64,000 nucleotides of DNA from Octopus vulgaris (lineage: Eukaryota), in the NCBI GenBank assembly GCA_951406725.2, contig OX597816.1, forward strand, positions 162,254,001 to 162,318,000. The letters are read 5' to 3'. Made by a program: the position numbers and the translations under genes. The notes beneath the pieces are model-generated. The model was not told where the DNA came from, searched no databases, and saw only the letters and a program-made list of their open reading frames with translations. Position 1 is the first letter of the stretch, and every line of letters begins with the position of its first letter. This document shows positions 44,304-56,424 of the stretch, in pieces.

Positions 44304-44847
44304 AGCTCATCTTTAGATAAACGCCGGCACGTATACACCCATGCACACACATTAAGATTGTTGAAAAGCATAAGGCTATTCCGTAATCTTTAAACTTCGA
44401 TATGTTGCTGTGAGATCTTAGCAGAAATAGAAAAACGTTTTATCTTTATTTCGTTATTTCCAAACAGTATCTACTGATCTGAAGTGGAAGTAATTATAAG
44501 TTTTAACGCTTCTTCTTTTCCTCTAATTGAACTCTTCAAATCCGATGGTCTCAAGCATTGCACTGATGATGCACAAAGTACTGAAACAGGCAGTTATTTA
44601 CTATTAACTGAAAGAATACACACACAAATGTGTATGTATGTCGTTATTCAGTTTATTTCAAAATCTCTTGCCAACAGAGAAAGAACCTGTTTCTAACCTA
44701 GTTCCAAGGCTCCTGCATTGGAAATTCAACATCAACAACAGGGTATTTTTGTTCGTTTGTATGTATGTATGTATGTATGTATGTACATATGTATAATCCA
44801 ATGAAAAGAAGACAAAGAAAATTCTTTAACACATCTTAACACCCCCC

Positions 44848-44903
<56 letters not shown>

Positions 44904-44937
44904 TGAGAAAGTTGGTGTGTGAAAGCACGTGGTTGAA

Positions 44938-45194
44938 TATATAGAAAATAGTAAAAAGTGAAAAAACTATAGAAGGCTTGTTTTAAAAGGTTAAAAAATA
45001 TAACGATAACTCTTCTCAACGTAAACATAACGATGTAAGAAATTTGTAAAAAGCTGAACGCGAAACCGGTCATTTCTTCAAAAACTATGTCATTGTATGA
45101 AAAAAATTTATAACATTCTTCAGACATATTGACTCAAATATATTTTTAACCTTTTAAAACAAGCCTTCTGTAGTTTTTTTCACTTTTTACTATT

Positions 45195-45202
<8 letters not shown>
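44938..45202. mobile_element. Short element with ~65-bp terminal inverted repeats and an internal decayed HHR
   Basis: Arms 44938-45002 and 45139-45202; aagaaat...gcGAAACCGGTC-atttctt at 45037-45078. Confidence 0.6.
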
Positions 45203-45269
<67 letters not shown>

Positions 45270-45365
45270 GGAGTAAACACATAAATGTGAAACAAGGTGG
45301 AAAAAAGAGTACTCGAATACCAGTGGTAGAGTAATATGCTTTATTTTAAGCAGCAGAAAATTCAA

Positions 45366-45415
45366 CAAAATCTGTTACTCTGAGTTTCTCGTTGCCGTTC
45401 ATCAGACAGTTTTTG
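45366..45415 (-). ncRNA. Minimal type I hammerhead motif in the 3' pseudo-LTR
   Basis: Reverse complement of 47247-47296. Confidence 0.7.
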
Positions 45416-46419
45416 CTAGAATGGAACATATATATTAATTCAATCTATACTCTTACAAACGCTACACCTTTAAAAAGAAATGGACTTGTTTGATTGGCCC
45501 TTTAGAAAAAACGGTCAATCTTCGAGCGATAAACAAAAAGGTCAAAAATATATGTATATATATATAAAAACTTATAAAAATTATAAAATCCGAGGAAAAT
45601 ACCGAGGAAAAAACCTGTTGCCGTTAATGAAGACAGTACAAATTAATGCATAGAAATTAAACCTGTTATAAATACTGCAATACATATTTATATTAAAATC
45701 CACATATATATATCAACATACACAAAAGGATGCGCGTAAACGCCATACATACATATACAGACGTATGAATATGAATCTAAATTATACACATAAAAGCATG
45801 TGTACATATATTCACGCAAACCGTCTCGCACGCAAGCTAAAATTCATCTATGTAGCAATTCTCATATACTGAGCAAGGAGGGGGAACGAAAGAAAGGGAA
45901 AGAGAGAAAAAGAAACGGAGGAGGGGTGGGGAAAACTTGTAGCGATATTATTTGGCATCTATAGAGGCCAGTATACATACACAAGTTTGAATTGATACAT
46001 ATACATACCGTCGTGTATATGTGTGCTTAAGCACAAGCATACTTTCACTTACACACACACAGATACGCATGCTTACAAATACATATGCTTTGCTATACAC
46101 AAACTTATATAAACATTCTAAATTTGACAACATTGCTTTTTTTTAAAAAAAAAACATTGCTTTTAAAAAATGGGTGCATTAATAAAAATATATACGAAAG
46201 ACCTATAAAATAAAATATAACATCCTATTTTGGGTCATTTATAAATAATCAAGGTAATATAAATAATCAAGGTAATCTTATGCAATACAATAACATGAAA
46301 ACAAAGTTTGTAGGTTTTTCCTAATATATATGTAGAAACAATAAGACTTTGCTATAGGTCCGTTGTAGCGCTCAAGAGTCAAAATCAAAATCAAAAAATC
46401 AAAATACAAAATATATACT

Positions 46420-46692
46420 CTATCCATATGGTATATTTATATTCGACATTTTAAATTTAGCCTTGTGCCTACATAAGTTCATTAATTCACTTCTTTGATT
46501 CAAAGAATTATTGTCTTTGAATAATATGTGCATTTTTTCTAATAAGCAAAGCCTGCACTTGAAATTATATCTGTAAGCTCCATGCCTGTATGGTGCCGCC
46601 CTGTCCAGAATGCTCCATGTCACGTTGAAAGGTGGGGCTTCCTTTTCTTTTAGTTCCCAGACATATTTTGCTAGGCTGGTTTTCTTTCTATT
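46420..46692 (-). pseudogene. PLE GIY-YIG endonuclease C-terminal fragment
   Basis: TSLAKYVWELKEK...VTWSILDRAAPY...CRLCLLEKMHIL...LNQRSELMNLCRHKAKF, a typical PLE C-terminus; the 5' end is cut by the inverted arm. Confidence 0.85.
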
Positions 46693-47246
46693 CTCTATAG
46701 ATGCCAAATAACATCGCTACAAGTTTTTTCCCCACCCCTCCTCCGTTCCTTTTTCTCTCTTTCCCTTTCTTTCGTTCCCCCTCCTTGCTCAGTATATGAG
46801 AATTGCTACATAGATGAATTTTAGCTTGCGTGCGAGACGGTTTGCGTGAATATATGTACACATGCTTTTATGTGTATAATTTAGATTCATATTCATACGT
46901 CTGTATATGTATGTATGGCGTTTACGCGCATCCTTTTGTGTATGTTGATATATATATGTGGATTTTAATATAAATATGTATTGCAGTATTTATAACAGGT
47001 TTAATTTCTATGCATTAATTTGTACTGTCTTCATTAACGGCAACAGGTTTTTTCCTCGGTATTTTCCTCGGATTTTATAATTTTTATAAGTTTTTATATA
47101 TATATACATATATTTTTGACCTTTTTGTTTATCGCTCGAAGATTGACCGTTTTTTTCTAAAGGGCCAATCAAACAAGTCCATTTCTTTTTAAAGGTGTAG
47201 CGTTTGTAAGAGTATAGACTGAATTAATATATATGTTCCATTCTAG

Positions 47247-47296
47247 CAAAAACTGTCTGATGAACGGCAACGAGAAACTCAGAGTAACAGATTTTG
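47247..47296 (+). ncRNA. Minimal type I hammerhead motif in the inverted pseudo-LTR
   Basis: caaaaactgt-CTGATGA-A-CG-GCAA-CG-A-GAAA-CTC-A-GAG-TA-acagattttg. Confidence 0.7.
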
Positions 47297-47322
47297 TTGA
47301 ATTTTCTGCTGCTTAAAATAAA

Positions 47323-47377
<55 letters not shown>

Positions 47378-47729
47378 CAAGATATTTAATCAAGACATCT
47401 ACGGCCTGAAGAATAGCTAGCAGTATACACCTCGCCTGGATAGTTACCACTTCCGATGTTCCGCTTTCTATGAAACATATGTAGACTGGATCTTACCTAC
47501 TCCAATCCATAACTCTTGTATCCTTATTTTCACACTCGGCAAACCTGGTCGCCTACCGTGAAATATAAACAGAACTTTTTTCAGTTCATCATATTTCGAT
47601 AAGAAAAACTCCACAACCTTCCATCTCCATAAACCACTATTGTCCCCTGAAAGCTGGTTTTTAAAATATTTATTACGAATTGCGCGAAGCTAACTTTCTT
47701 TCTATACCTCGATCCCTGGATCTTACATT

Positions 47730-47781
<52 letters not shown>

Positions 47782-47789
47782 TATGTAGA

Positions 47790-48026
47790 TCGCCATGTTG
47801 ATTCGCTAGCCTCCGCACGCATTTTTTTCTCTCCTTCTTTCTGTGTTTCTTCTCTGTGTATCTTTCTGTTGAAGAGCGTAGGCTCGAAACGTTAAAGACT
47901 TGTTTTATTTATATTTCCTGAGCGCCATACTAATACAATTGTTTGTTTGTATTCCACCTGCCTTCGTCTTTTGTTTATTTCCGTAAACCTGCCTTCGTCT
48001 TTTGTCTATTTTCATAAAGCTTCCCG

Positions 48027-48064
<38 letters not shown>

Positions 48065-48427
48065 ATATATAAACGGCAGTTTGTCTGTGCGTGTTTCTGT
48101 GTGTCTGTTTGCTTGTACCCTCACCCTGACCACGGCTTTCAACCGATTCTGATGAAACTTGACACACACACAGCCCAATGTCATAATTCAAGACTAACGC
48201 AGCGAAAATTTTGAAAAGTTCCCCCAGTTCTGAAAAAATCGATAAATTCGACATGGGGTCGAGAATCAGAAACACAAACCGCAAACTGTCTAGGGGACGC
48301 AACTCCACCTTTTTTAACTAAAAAAAAATTTACCATCATTTTTTTGCTATTTTTTGGCTATAACTCTCTAAAAATGCTTTATAGTTATTTCCCTTACAAA
48401 CCTGAGCAACGCCGGGCGATACTGCTA

Positions 48428-48462
<35 letters not shown>

Positions 48463-48641
48463 GGGAGAATTCACAAAAAACAAAAGACAAAGACAGGTGG
48501 TGTAGACAACAAACAGATGTATTAGTTTAACGCTCGGGAAGTAAAAAAGTATTTAACGTTTGAGCCTACGCTCATTCCACAGAAAGGAACACAGATAGAA
48601 ACAAGGAGAGAAAATAAAGAATGTGTAGAGGCTAGCGATCT

Positions 48642-48646
<5 letters not shown>
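47790..48646. mobile_element. Two diverged family P1 pseudo-LTRs in inverted orientation around (TA)n and a Helitron
   Basis: Plus copy 47790-48030 with tcttt-CTGTTGA-A-GAGC-GTAG-GCTC-GAAACGTT-aaaga (47861-47898); minus copy 48462-48646. Confidence 0.7.
48060..48428 (+). mobile_element. Non-autonomous Helitron
   Basis: A|TCTCTATATATAAAC...cctgagcaacgccgggcgatactgCTAG|T, inserted in (TA)n. Confidence 0.9.
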
Positions 48647-48687
<41 letters not shown>

Positions 48688-48983
48688 CGCGTATGTATAT
48701 GCGTGCGAACGTTGTCAAGGACATAGTTGATAGTGACTTCGAAATTTCGGCATGCTCACCTTCACGAGGTTACATTCCTCATTCCTCTCTACCATCTACA
48801 CTCCCTCCGGTCTCAGAGGCCTTCTGATGTGCCAATCGTCATTATTTTCTCTTCTTACCAAAATCATACCCCACCCCCCAAAAAAAAACTCGCATATGCG
48901 GATGTATCTGTGTATAAGTGTGGAGCGAGTAACATTTAAGACTACATATCCTTATGAACACTAAGTATGTGTGTCTATAGGTA

Positions 48984-50251
48984 TTGGGTCATCCCATAAA
49001 TAATGTGGGTTTTTCAATTGCATGAACTAAAAGTCGGAAGGGGACAGGGTAAACTACCTGCATCAACTTGATATAAGGCAGGTACTAATTTTACTTTGTC
49101 CTTATTCTTAGTGCAAGTTTTGAAGAGTGCAGTTCGGTTTTAACAGTTATGTCTTTAAAGCTATAATGGAAGTGACAAATGAGGATATTTGGTATATTTT
49201 GCTTTATGAGTTCAATAAAGGCAACAACTCGACAGAAGATGCGGGGAATATTAATGCAGTATACGGGGATCGGACAATAAGCGTAAGCCAGTATCAACGG
49301 TTATTCCGAGCGGAAAACTACAGCCTAGAAGATGAGCGTCCTGGAAGATCTGTAGAGCTCGACGAGGACGTCCTACAAACCCTGGTGGAACAAAATCCCA
49401 TCGTAACTGTTGAGGAACTAGCGGAAAAGCTTGGATTTGGTCATTCAACCAGTCATTCAAGTCAGCGCTAGAAGAAAAACGACCATCTGTGATTTCAAGA
49501 TGAAAGGTGTTCTTCCATCAGGATAATGATTGGCTACATACAGTGAGGACGACAGTCCAAATGCTGGAGCAGTTTGAATGGGAAACGATTCCCTACTCAC
49601 CATATTCGCCAGGCATTGCCCCATCTGATTATCACTTATTCCGCGGTCTACAAAATCATTTGGACAGAAAAAAATATGAATTCTGTAGACGAGGTCAGAA
49701 CAGTATTGGAGGAGCACTTTTCGTCAGGGACAAGTGAATTTTGGAAGAGGGGCCTTGCAACTCTAGCAGATAGATGGAAAAGCATTGTAGAAAATGAAGG
49801 AGAGTATATCTCTCTCTATATAAACGGCAGTTTGTCTGTGCGTGTTTCTGTGTGTCTGTCAGGTTGTACCCTCACCCTGACCACGGCTTTCAACCGATTC
49901 TGATGAAACTTGACACACACATAGCCCAATGTCATAATTCAAAACTAACGCAGCGAAAATTTTGAAAAGTTCCCCCAGTTCTGAAAAAATCGATAAATTC
50001 GACATGGGGTCGAGAATCAGAAACACAAACCGCAAACTGTCTAGGGGACGCAACTCCACCTTTTTTAACTAAAAAAAAAAATTTACCATCATTTTTTTGC
50101 TATAACTCTCTAAAAATGCTTTATAGTTATTTCCCTTACAAACCTGAGCAACGCCGGGCGATACTGCTAGTTTTAGATTAAAAAAGAATTTATCTTAATT
50201 TTGAAAAATAAAAGAAGTATAAAAAACCGCATTATTTATGGGATTTTCCAA
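48984..50251 (+). mobile_element. Internally deleted mariner (D,D34D) transposon
   Basis: TIRs ttgggtcatcccataaataatgtggg / ccgcattatttatgggattttccaa, TA TSD (48982-83, 50252-53); HTH from the ATG at 49166, FHQDN and PYSPGIAPSDYHLF motifs; the WVPHEL/first-Asp region is deleted. Confidence 0.93.
49809..50170 (+). mobile_element. Non-autonomous Helitron nested in the mariner
   Basis: Near-identical to the 48060 copy; splits gag tat a|tt tta gat taa (EYILD*) at an AT site without TSD. Confidence 0.93.
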
Positions 50252-51227
50252 TATATTCATGGTGTGTATGTGTGTGTATGTCTGAGTATGTATGTTTGTG
50301 TTTCTCAGAATCCGTACAAATATGTATAGCGGTGCTTAAGAAGGTGGTAAACATACGGGTTTATATGTGTGAATATAAGCAAATATATGCGTATGTATGT
50401 CTGTGTGTATTAAGTACGCCTGTTGAACAGTAGTGAACGCGATTGTCAATGTGTGTGTGTGTGTGTGTGTGCGAGTATGTGTGTGTATCGTATGTGTATG
50501 GTTATTTGTATACATATCTGTATGTGTTCATATCTTTGTGTATACCTGTTTGTACCTGTGTGTATGTATGAGCATATCCGATTGAGTATCTTTGGGTAGG
50601 TATGTATGTATATATGTGTTTATGTATATGTGTATGTGTATGCGCGTATGAGTGTTTATGGGAGCGTATATATCCACGTATGAATATATATATATATATG
50701 TGTGTGTGTCTACCTGCATGTGTGTGATTACATGTTTATGAGTGACTATGCATGTGTGTGCATGCCCTTGTGTGTATGTATGTGTGTATACGTGTGCATT
50801 AGTGTTTATGTCCATACATATATTACTCTGTATGTGTAGATGTTTTTATGTGCGTGCATCCGTATGTGCGTGTATGTACGTGCGCGTGTGTGTCTGCTTG
50901 TATGAGAATAAGAAATCATGGGTGAACAAGTGCGTGTATACGTGTATATAATGATGCGTACTGTGTGTGCGCGCATGTGTGTGTATGTGCTTGTGTGCCT
51001 GCATGTAAGCGTGAGCAGAGGTGGGTGATGACGGCGTTGGCGGTGTGCAATGCTGGTGTGTAGGCGGCAGGTGAGCAAGTAAGGGAGGGGGAGTAGCTAA
51101 TTAAGTTGATTAGGATACATGCGAGTAGTTCTGTGCAGTTTCCTCATAACATTGCAATTATTTTAATGAACATTTGTCAACAACTCATCAGAACTATTAA
51201 TTAAAGTCCGATAATCAATAGCTAAGG

Positions 51228-51254
51228 CAGTAGTAGTAGTTTTACTAGTAGTAT

Positions 51255-51298
<44 letters not shown>

Positions 51299-51397
51299 TA
51301 GTATTAGTAGTAGTTGTAGTAGTAGTAGTAGAAGAAGAAAAAGAAGTTAGTAGTTGTAGAAGGAGAAAAAGATTAGGAAGAAAAGGAAGAAGTTTGT

Positions 51398-51447
<50 letters not shown>

Positions 51448-51452
51448 TAGTA

Positions 51453-51483
<31 letters not shown>

Positions 51484-51582
51484 AAGGAAACGTTAGTAGA
51501 TGTAGAAGAAAAAAATAGAAAAAGAAAATTTTAGTAGTAGTAGTAGCAGAAGAAAAAGAAGACGAAGAAGTTAGTAGTAATA

Positions 51583-51638
<56 letters not shown>

Positions 51639-51678
51639 TGTTGTAGTAGTAGTAGAAGTAGTAGAAGTAGTAGTAGTT

Positions 51679-51716
<38 letters not shown>

Positions 51717-51747
51717 TGTTGTAGAAGTAGTAGAAGTAGTAGTAGTT

Positions 51748-51782
<35 letters not shown>

Positions 51783-51822
51783 TGTTGTAGTAGTAGTAGA
51801 AGTAGTAGAAGTAGTAGTAGTT

Positions 51823-51859
<37 letters not shown>

Positions 51860-52083
51860 AAAAAATAAAAGAAGTTAGTAGTTGTAGAAGAAGGAGAAGA
51901 AAAAGAAGTTAGTAGTAGGAGTAGTAGAGTAGTAGTAGTAGTAGTAGTACAAAAAGAAGAGGAAGGAGAAGAAGGAGAAGAAGAAGTTTGCTGTAGTTGT
52001 AGTAGTAGTGGCATGGCAGCAGTATCACCATCAAGAGCAACAGCAGCAACGGTAGCGCTAGCATAATTATTTATAGCATTATT

Positions 52084-52114
<31 letters not shown>

Positions 52115-52225
52115 CTACCACCAACTGCACCATCATCATCATCGACATTAATCATCACAATTGCAGCAACAGCAGCAGCAAAGGTAATGTCATTATTAGT
52201 AGTAATAGTAGCTATGTCATCATTG

Positions 52226-52285
<60 letters not shown>

Positions 52286-52371
52286 GTAGCTGCAGGTGTA
52301 GTAGTGGTAGTAGCAGCAGCAGTAGTAGTGGTAGTGGTAGTAGTAGTAGTAGTAGTAGTAGCAGCAGCAGC

Positions 52372-52445
<74 letters not shown>

Positions 52446-52941
52446 CGATGGTGATAATGGCTGTGGAGTGGTTTGGGGGTGGTTATAATGGCGAAGAAGG
52501 TGGTGGTGGTGGTGGTGGTGGTGGTGGTGGTGGTGGTGGTGGTGGCAACACCATCAGCAACGGCAGCAAGAGCAGTTGCAACACAGTAAAAACTAACAAA
52601 CAAAAAAAAAAAAGAATAAATATAGACAAGAAAGAGATGAAGGAGGAGGAAGAGAAGGAGAAGGCGAAGAAAAAGAAGAGTTGGAGGAAGAGGAGGAGGA
52701 GAAGAGGCGGGATTAGAAGGAGAAGGAAAGAAGGAAAAGAAAGAGAAGGGAGAGGCGAGCAGAAGCAGGAGAAGGGGGAGGATAAGACGAAACTGTTTCC
52801 GGGGAAAATGTGATGGAAAATGCCAGGAACAACAACAGCAGCAACATCAGCGACAACAAAACATTTTCATCATTACTACTACTACTACTACTACTACTAC
52901 GACTACTACTACTACTTCTTCTTCTACTACTACTTCTTCTT

Positions 52942-52980
<39 letters not shown>
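51228..52980. repeat. (AGT)n, (CAT)n, (GGT)n and (CTA)n trinucleotide arrays
   Basis: Directly visible. Confidence 0.95.
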
Positions 52981-52989
52981 GAGGAGGCG

Positions 52990-53312
52990 AGGAGCACTCC
53001 GTCGGTTACGACGACGAGGGTCCCAGCTGATACGAAACAGCTTGCTCGTGAAATTAACGTGAAAGTGGCTGAGCACTCCGCAGACACGTGTACCCTTAAC
53101 GTAGTTCTCGGGGGAGATTCAGCGTGCCAAAGAGTGTGACAAGACTGGCCCTTTCGAAATACAGGTACTACTCATTTTCGCCAGCTGAGTGAACTGGAGC
53201 AACATGAATTAAAGTGTCTTGCTCAAGGACACAACAGATCGTCGGGAATTGAACTCACGACCGTAGGATCGTGAGCCGAATACCTTAAGCACTAAGCCAC
53301 GCGCCTTCACAC
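52990..53312 (-). mobile_element. SINE family C (tRNA head plus CORE)
   Basis: Minus strand ggcgcgtggcttagtgcttaagg...gagttcaattccc, gtgtccttgagcaagacactt, tail accctcgtcgtcgtaaccgacggagtgc. Confidence 0.85.
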
Positions 53313-53717
53313 GATCGTTTCAACTCATCCCGCAGCTGTCCCTTACGGGTAGGAAACTGTGCATCTAGTTTTGGTGCATCAATCAGACCAGTCTGTGTCA
53401 CTTCAGAAGTTTGGTATAAAAGACGTAGATCCAGTGAAAGTTATACCGTAATTGTGGATGACATCAGATAGCCCAAACGGTGAATGTGCTTTAATCGACA
53501 TACAAATAGACATATACTCAAACTCCACATATATATAGATGCACCACGGGTTTTAGTCAGTGAACAGGTCGCGGTCTTAAAGCGGCGAAATTATTTTGAC
53601 AAATTAAACTTAAATGTTGAAGTGAATCGAACGGCTTTTGTGTGTTTCTTAAATGGCTTACAAACACCTTCCACGCTGCAATTGTTCAAATTGCTATGCT
53701 ATGCAAGTACATCTCCG

Positions 53718-53749
<32 letters not shown>

Positions 53750-53753
<4 letters not shown>

Positions 53754-54620
53754 AATCCAAACGGGAAACAAAAAAACAACAACAATGGAACAATTACAGT
53801 ATTATTATTAATAGGCGCTCAGGAAATGGAAGCAGGGAGGTATGACGTTTCGAGCGGAGCTCTTCGTCGGAAACATAAAGAAGGAAGAGAGAGGAAAGAA
53901 AGATCCCGGAGCGGGCAACGGAGATAGAGAAAAAAACGGCTGGTGTTAGGAGTAGCACATGGTGAAAGGCGGATGTTTACGATAACAAGAGCAAAGTGGG
54001 TTTTTAAAGGCAAAAGAGTGGAGACAAGGTTGGTAACGCAACAGATGTGTGTGTATGTGTGAGTGTGTGCGTGTGCGTGTGTGTATGTGTGTGTGTGTGA
54101 GGCGAGGTAAAAAAACAAAAAATATATGTATGTGTTAGTGTGTGCGTCTGTGTGTAGGCGTGTGAGGTAGGGCGAGACGGTGGTCAGCATAGCAGCAGCA
54201 TAGCAGACAAAGGTCAGTAGTGAGAAAAGGGAGGAAGGAGGAAGGGAGGGAGGGGAAGGGGTGGGGGCGTATGTAGCGTGCCAGCGTGTGTTGAGTAGTA
54301 GTGTGTGTGTGTGTCCAGTGTCGTGGTAGTATTAGTGGCGAGTAGATTGAATGTGTGTAAGAGTGATGTATATGTTTAAGCAATGTGTGTATATGTGTGC
54401 GCGTGTGTGTAACGAAAAAAGGGGGGGGGGGGGTTAGGAAAAGGACTCCAGCGGAGGGGAAGATGGAAGAGTGGTCCCGCGGAGACGGGCGTGGGAAAAC
54501 CCAACGACAAGCGACATCCCAGGAACGGGCGGGAGGTCTCGTCGGGTCCAAGGGCGAGGTGCATGCGGGGCGCATGCGTGCGCGAACTCGGCGCAAACGC
54601 GTGTGTGCGCGAGCCTGCGA
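53750..54620 (-). mobile_element. Degraded PLE 3' end (family P2 pseudo-LTR with HHR-like motif)
   Basis: gttt-CCGACGA-A-GAGC-TCC-GCTC-GAAACGTC-atac at 53874-53840; the GC-rich 54420-54620 gives only faint GIY-YIG-like peptides. Confidence 0.5.
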
Positions 54621-54639
54621 GTGTGCGCGTACGTATGTG

Positions 54640-56120
54640 TGCGTGTGGATGTGTGAGTGTGTCTGTGTGTATGTCTGGGTGGCAGTGTGTCCGATGAATG
54701 TATGTGAGTATGTGTGTATATATGTGTGTGCATAGATGTATGTCCGTGTGTGTGTGTGTGTGTGTATGTGTGTATGAGTGTGTATGTATGTACGTGTGGG
54801 TGTGGGGAAGTGTGTGTATGTGCATGTGTGTGCGCGAACATACAGGTGTGTGAGTGAGTGCGTGTGTGTGTATGTATGTGTGAGTGTGTATGTATGTGTG
54901 TGTAGGATGCATGTATGTGTATGGGTGTATGTATGCGTGTGTGTATGTATGTATGTGTACGTGCGTGTGTGTGTGTATGCGTGTAGGTGGGCGCGTGTGC
55001 ATGCGTGCATGTATGTGCGTATGTGTGTGTGTGTGCATGTGTGTGGGTATATATGTGTGTGCGTATATGTGTGTGTATGTGCGTACATGTGTGTGTGTGT
55101 GCATGTGTGTGTGTAGGTGTGTAGGCGTGTGTGTATAGGTGTATGTATGTAAGTATGTATGGGTGTGTCCGTGTATGTGTGTATGTATGTGTGTGTATGT
55201 AGCTGTGTGGGCGTGTGTATATGTGTGTGTATGTAGGTGTGTAGGCGTGTGTATATAGGTGTATGTATGTATGTATGTCTGGGTGTGTCCGTGCATGTTT
55301 GTGTGTGTGTGTGTATGCATGTGTATGTAGGTGTGTGTGTACGTGTGTAATGTATGTGTGTATGCGTGTGTATGCGTGCGTGTGTGTATGTAGGTGCGTG
55401 TGTATGTGTGTGGGAGTGTAGGTGTGTGTGTGCGTGTGCGTGTTTATGTTGGTGTGTGCGTATGTGAGTGTGAGTGTATGAGTGTTTGTCGTGCATGTGT
55501 GTGCGCGTGCAGGTGAGTGTGTGTGTAAGTATGTGTGTGTGTATGTTTGTGTGAGTGTGTATGTGTGTATGTCTGTGTGTATGTATGTGCGTATAGGAGT
55601 ATGTAGGTATGTGTGTGTGTATGTATATGGGTGTATGTATGTATGTGTGTGTGTGTGCATGTGTATAAGTATATGCGTGTGTGCGTATGTGTGTGTATGT
55701 GTATGTGTGTGTGTTTATGTATGTGTGTATGTATGTGTGTAGGCGTGAGTGTGTAGATGTATGTATGTATGGGTGTGTGTCAGTGTGTGTTTGTGTGTGT
55801 GTAGGTAGATGTGTGTGTCTGAGTGAGGGTATGGCTGTGTAGGTGTGTGTGTGTATGAATGTAAGTGTGTGTGTATACAAGTGTAATGTATGTATGTGGG
55901 TGTGTGTGTGTGTATGTGTACGTGTGCGTGTGTATGTGTGTGTGTGTATGCGTGTGAGTGTGGGTGTATGTGTGTATGTCTGTGTGTGTGTATGTCTGAA
56001 GTGGGTATGTGTGTGTATGTATGTATGTGTGTGTGTGTGCGGGTATGTGTATGTGTGTATGTGTGTGTGTGAGTAGGTGTGCGTGTATGTATGTGGGTAG
56101 GGATGCATGCGAGTGTGTGG
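54640..56120. repeat. Long degenerate (GT)/(GTAT) low-complexity tract
   Basis: Directly visible; source of the 678-aa H/T/Y pseudo-ORF. Confidence 0.9.
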
Positions 56121-56343
56121 GTATGTATGCAAACATACGCAAGCGCACATCCGAAGCAAGCCCACACACACGAAGCGCGCTCACGCACACAACGCACAAG
56201 CAGTGCAACGCAAGCCCAAAGGGGCCGACCGAGCCCCCAGCGCGCGCCAAGGCGCGCGAGCGCAAAGGCCCTCGAACGCCCCGCTGCGCGGGAACCGAGG
56301 ATCCATCAGCCAAAACCGGAAAGCAGAAAAGAGGGTGGGGCTG

Positions 56344-56379
<36 letters not shown>

Positions 56380-56424
56380 ATGTATGTATACATATGTATA
56401 TATATACATATATATATATTCCTG

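Larger units (their letters stand above)
45267..47323 (-). mobile_element. Young 5'-truncated Penelope-like element with an inverted ~630-bp pseudo-LTR
   Basis: Near-identical inverted arms 45339-45966 and 46693-47323 flank a GIY-YIG C-terminal fragment and 3' UTR; tail 45267-45338; (TA)n on both sides. Confidence 0.9.

Noticed and set aside
44557-44595. CTGATGA-tgcac-aaa-gtact-GAAAC hammerhead candidate
   Set aside because: No NUH cleavage triplet and no convincing stem I or III; too decayed to call.
49127-49903. Domesticated SETMAR-like host gene
   Set aside because: It has TIRs and a TA TSD, an internal deletion, a stop, frameshifts and no SET domain, so it is a dead mariner.
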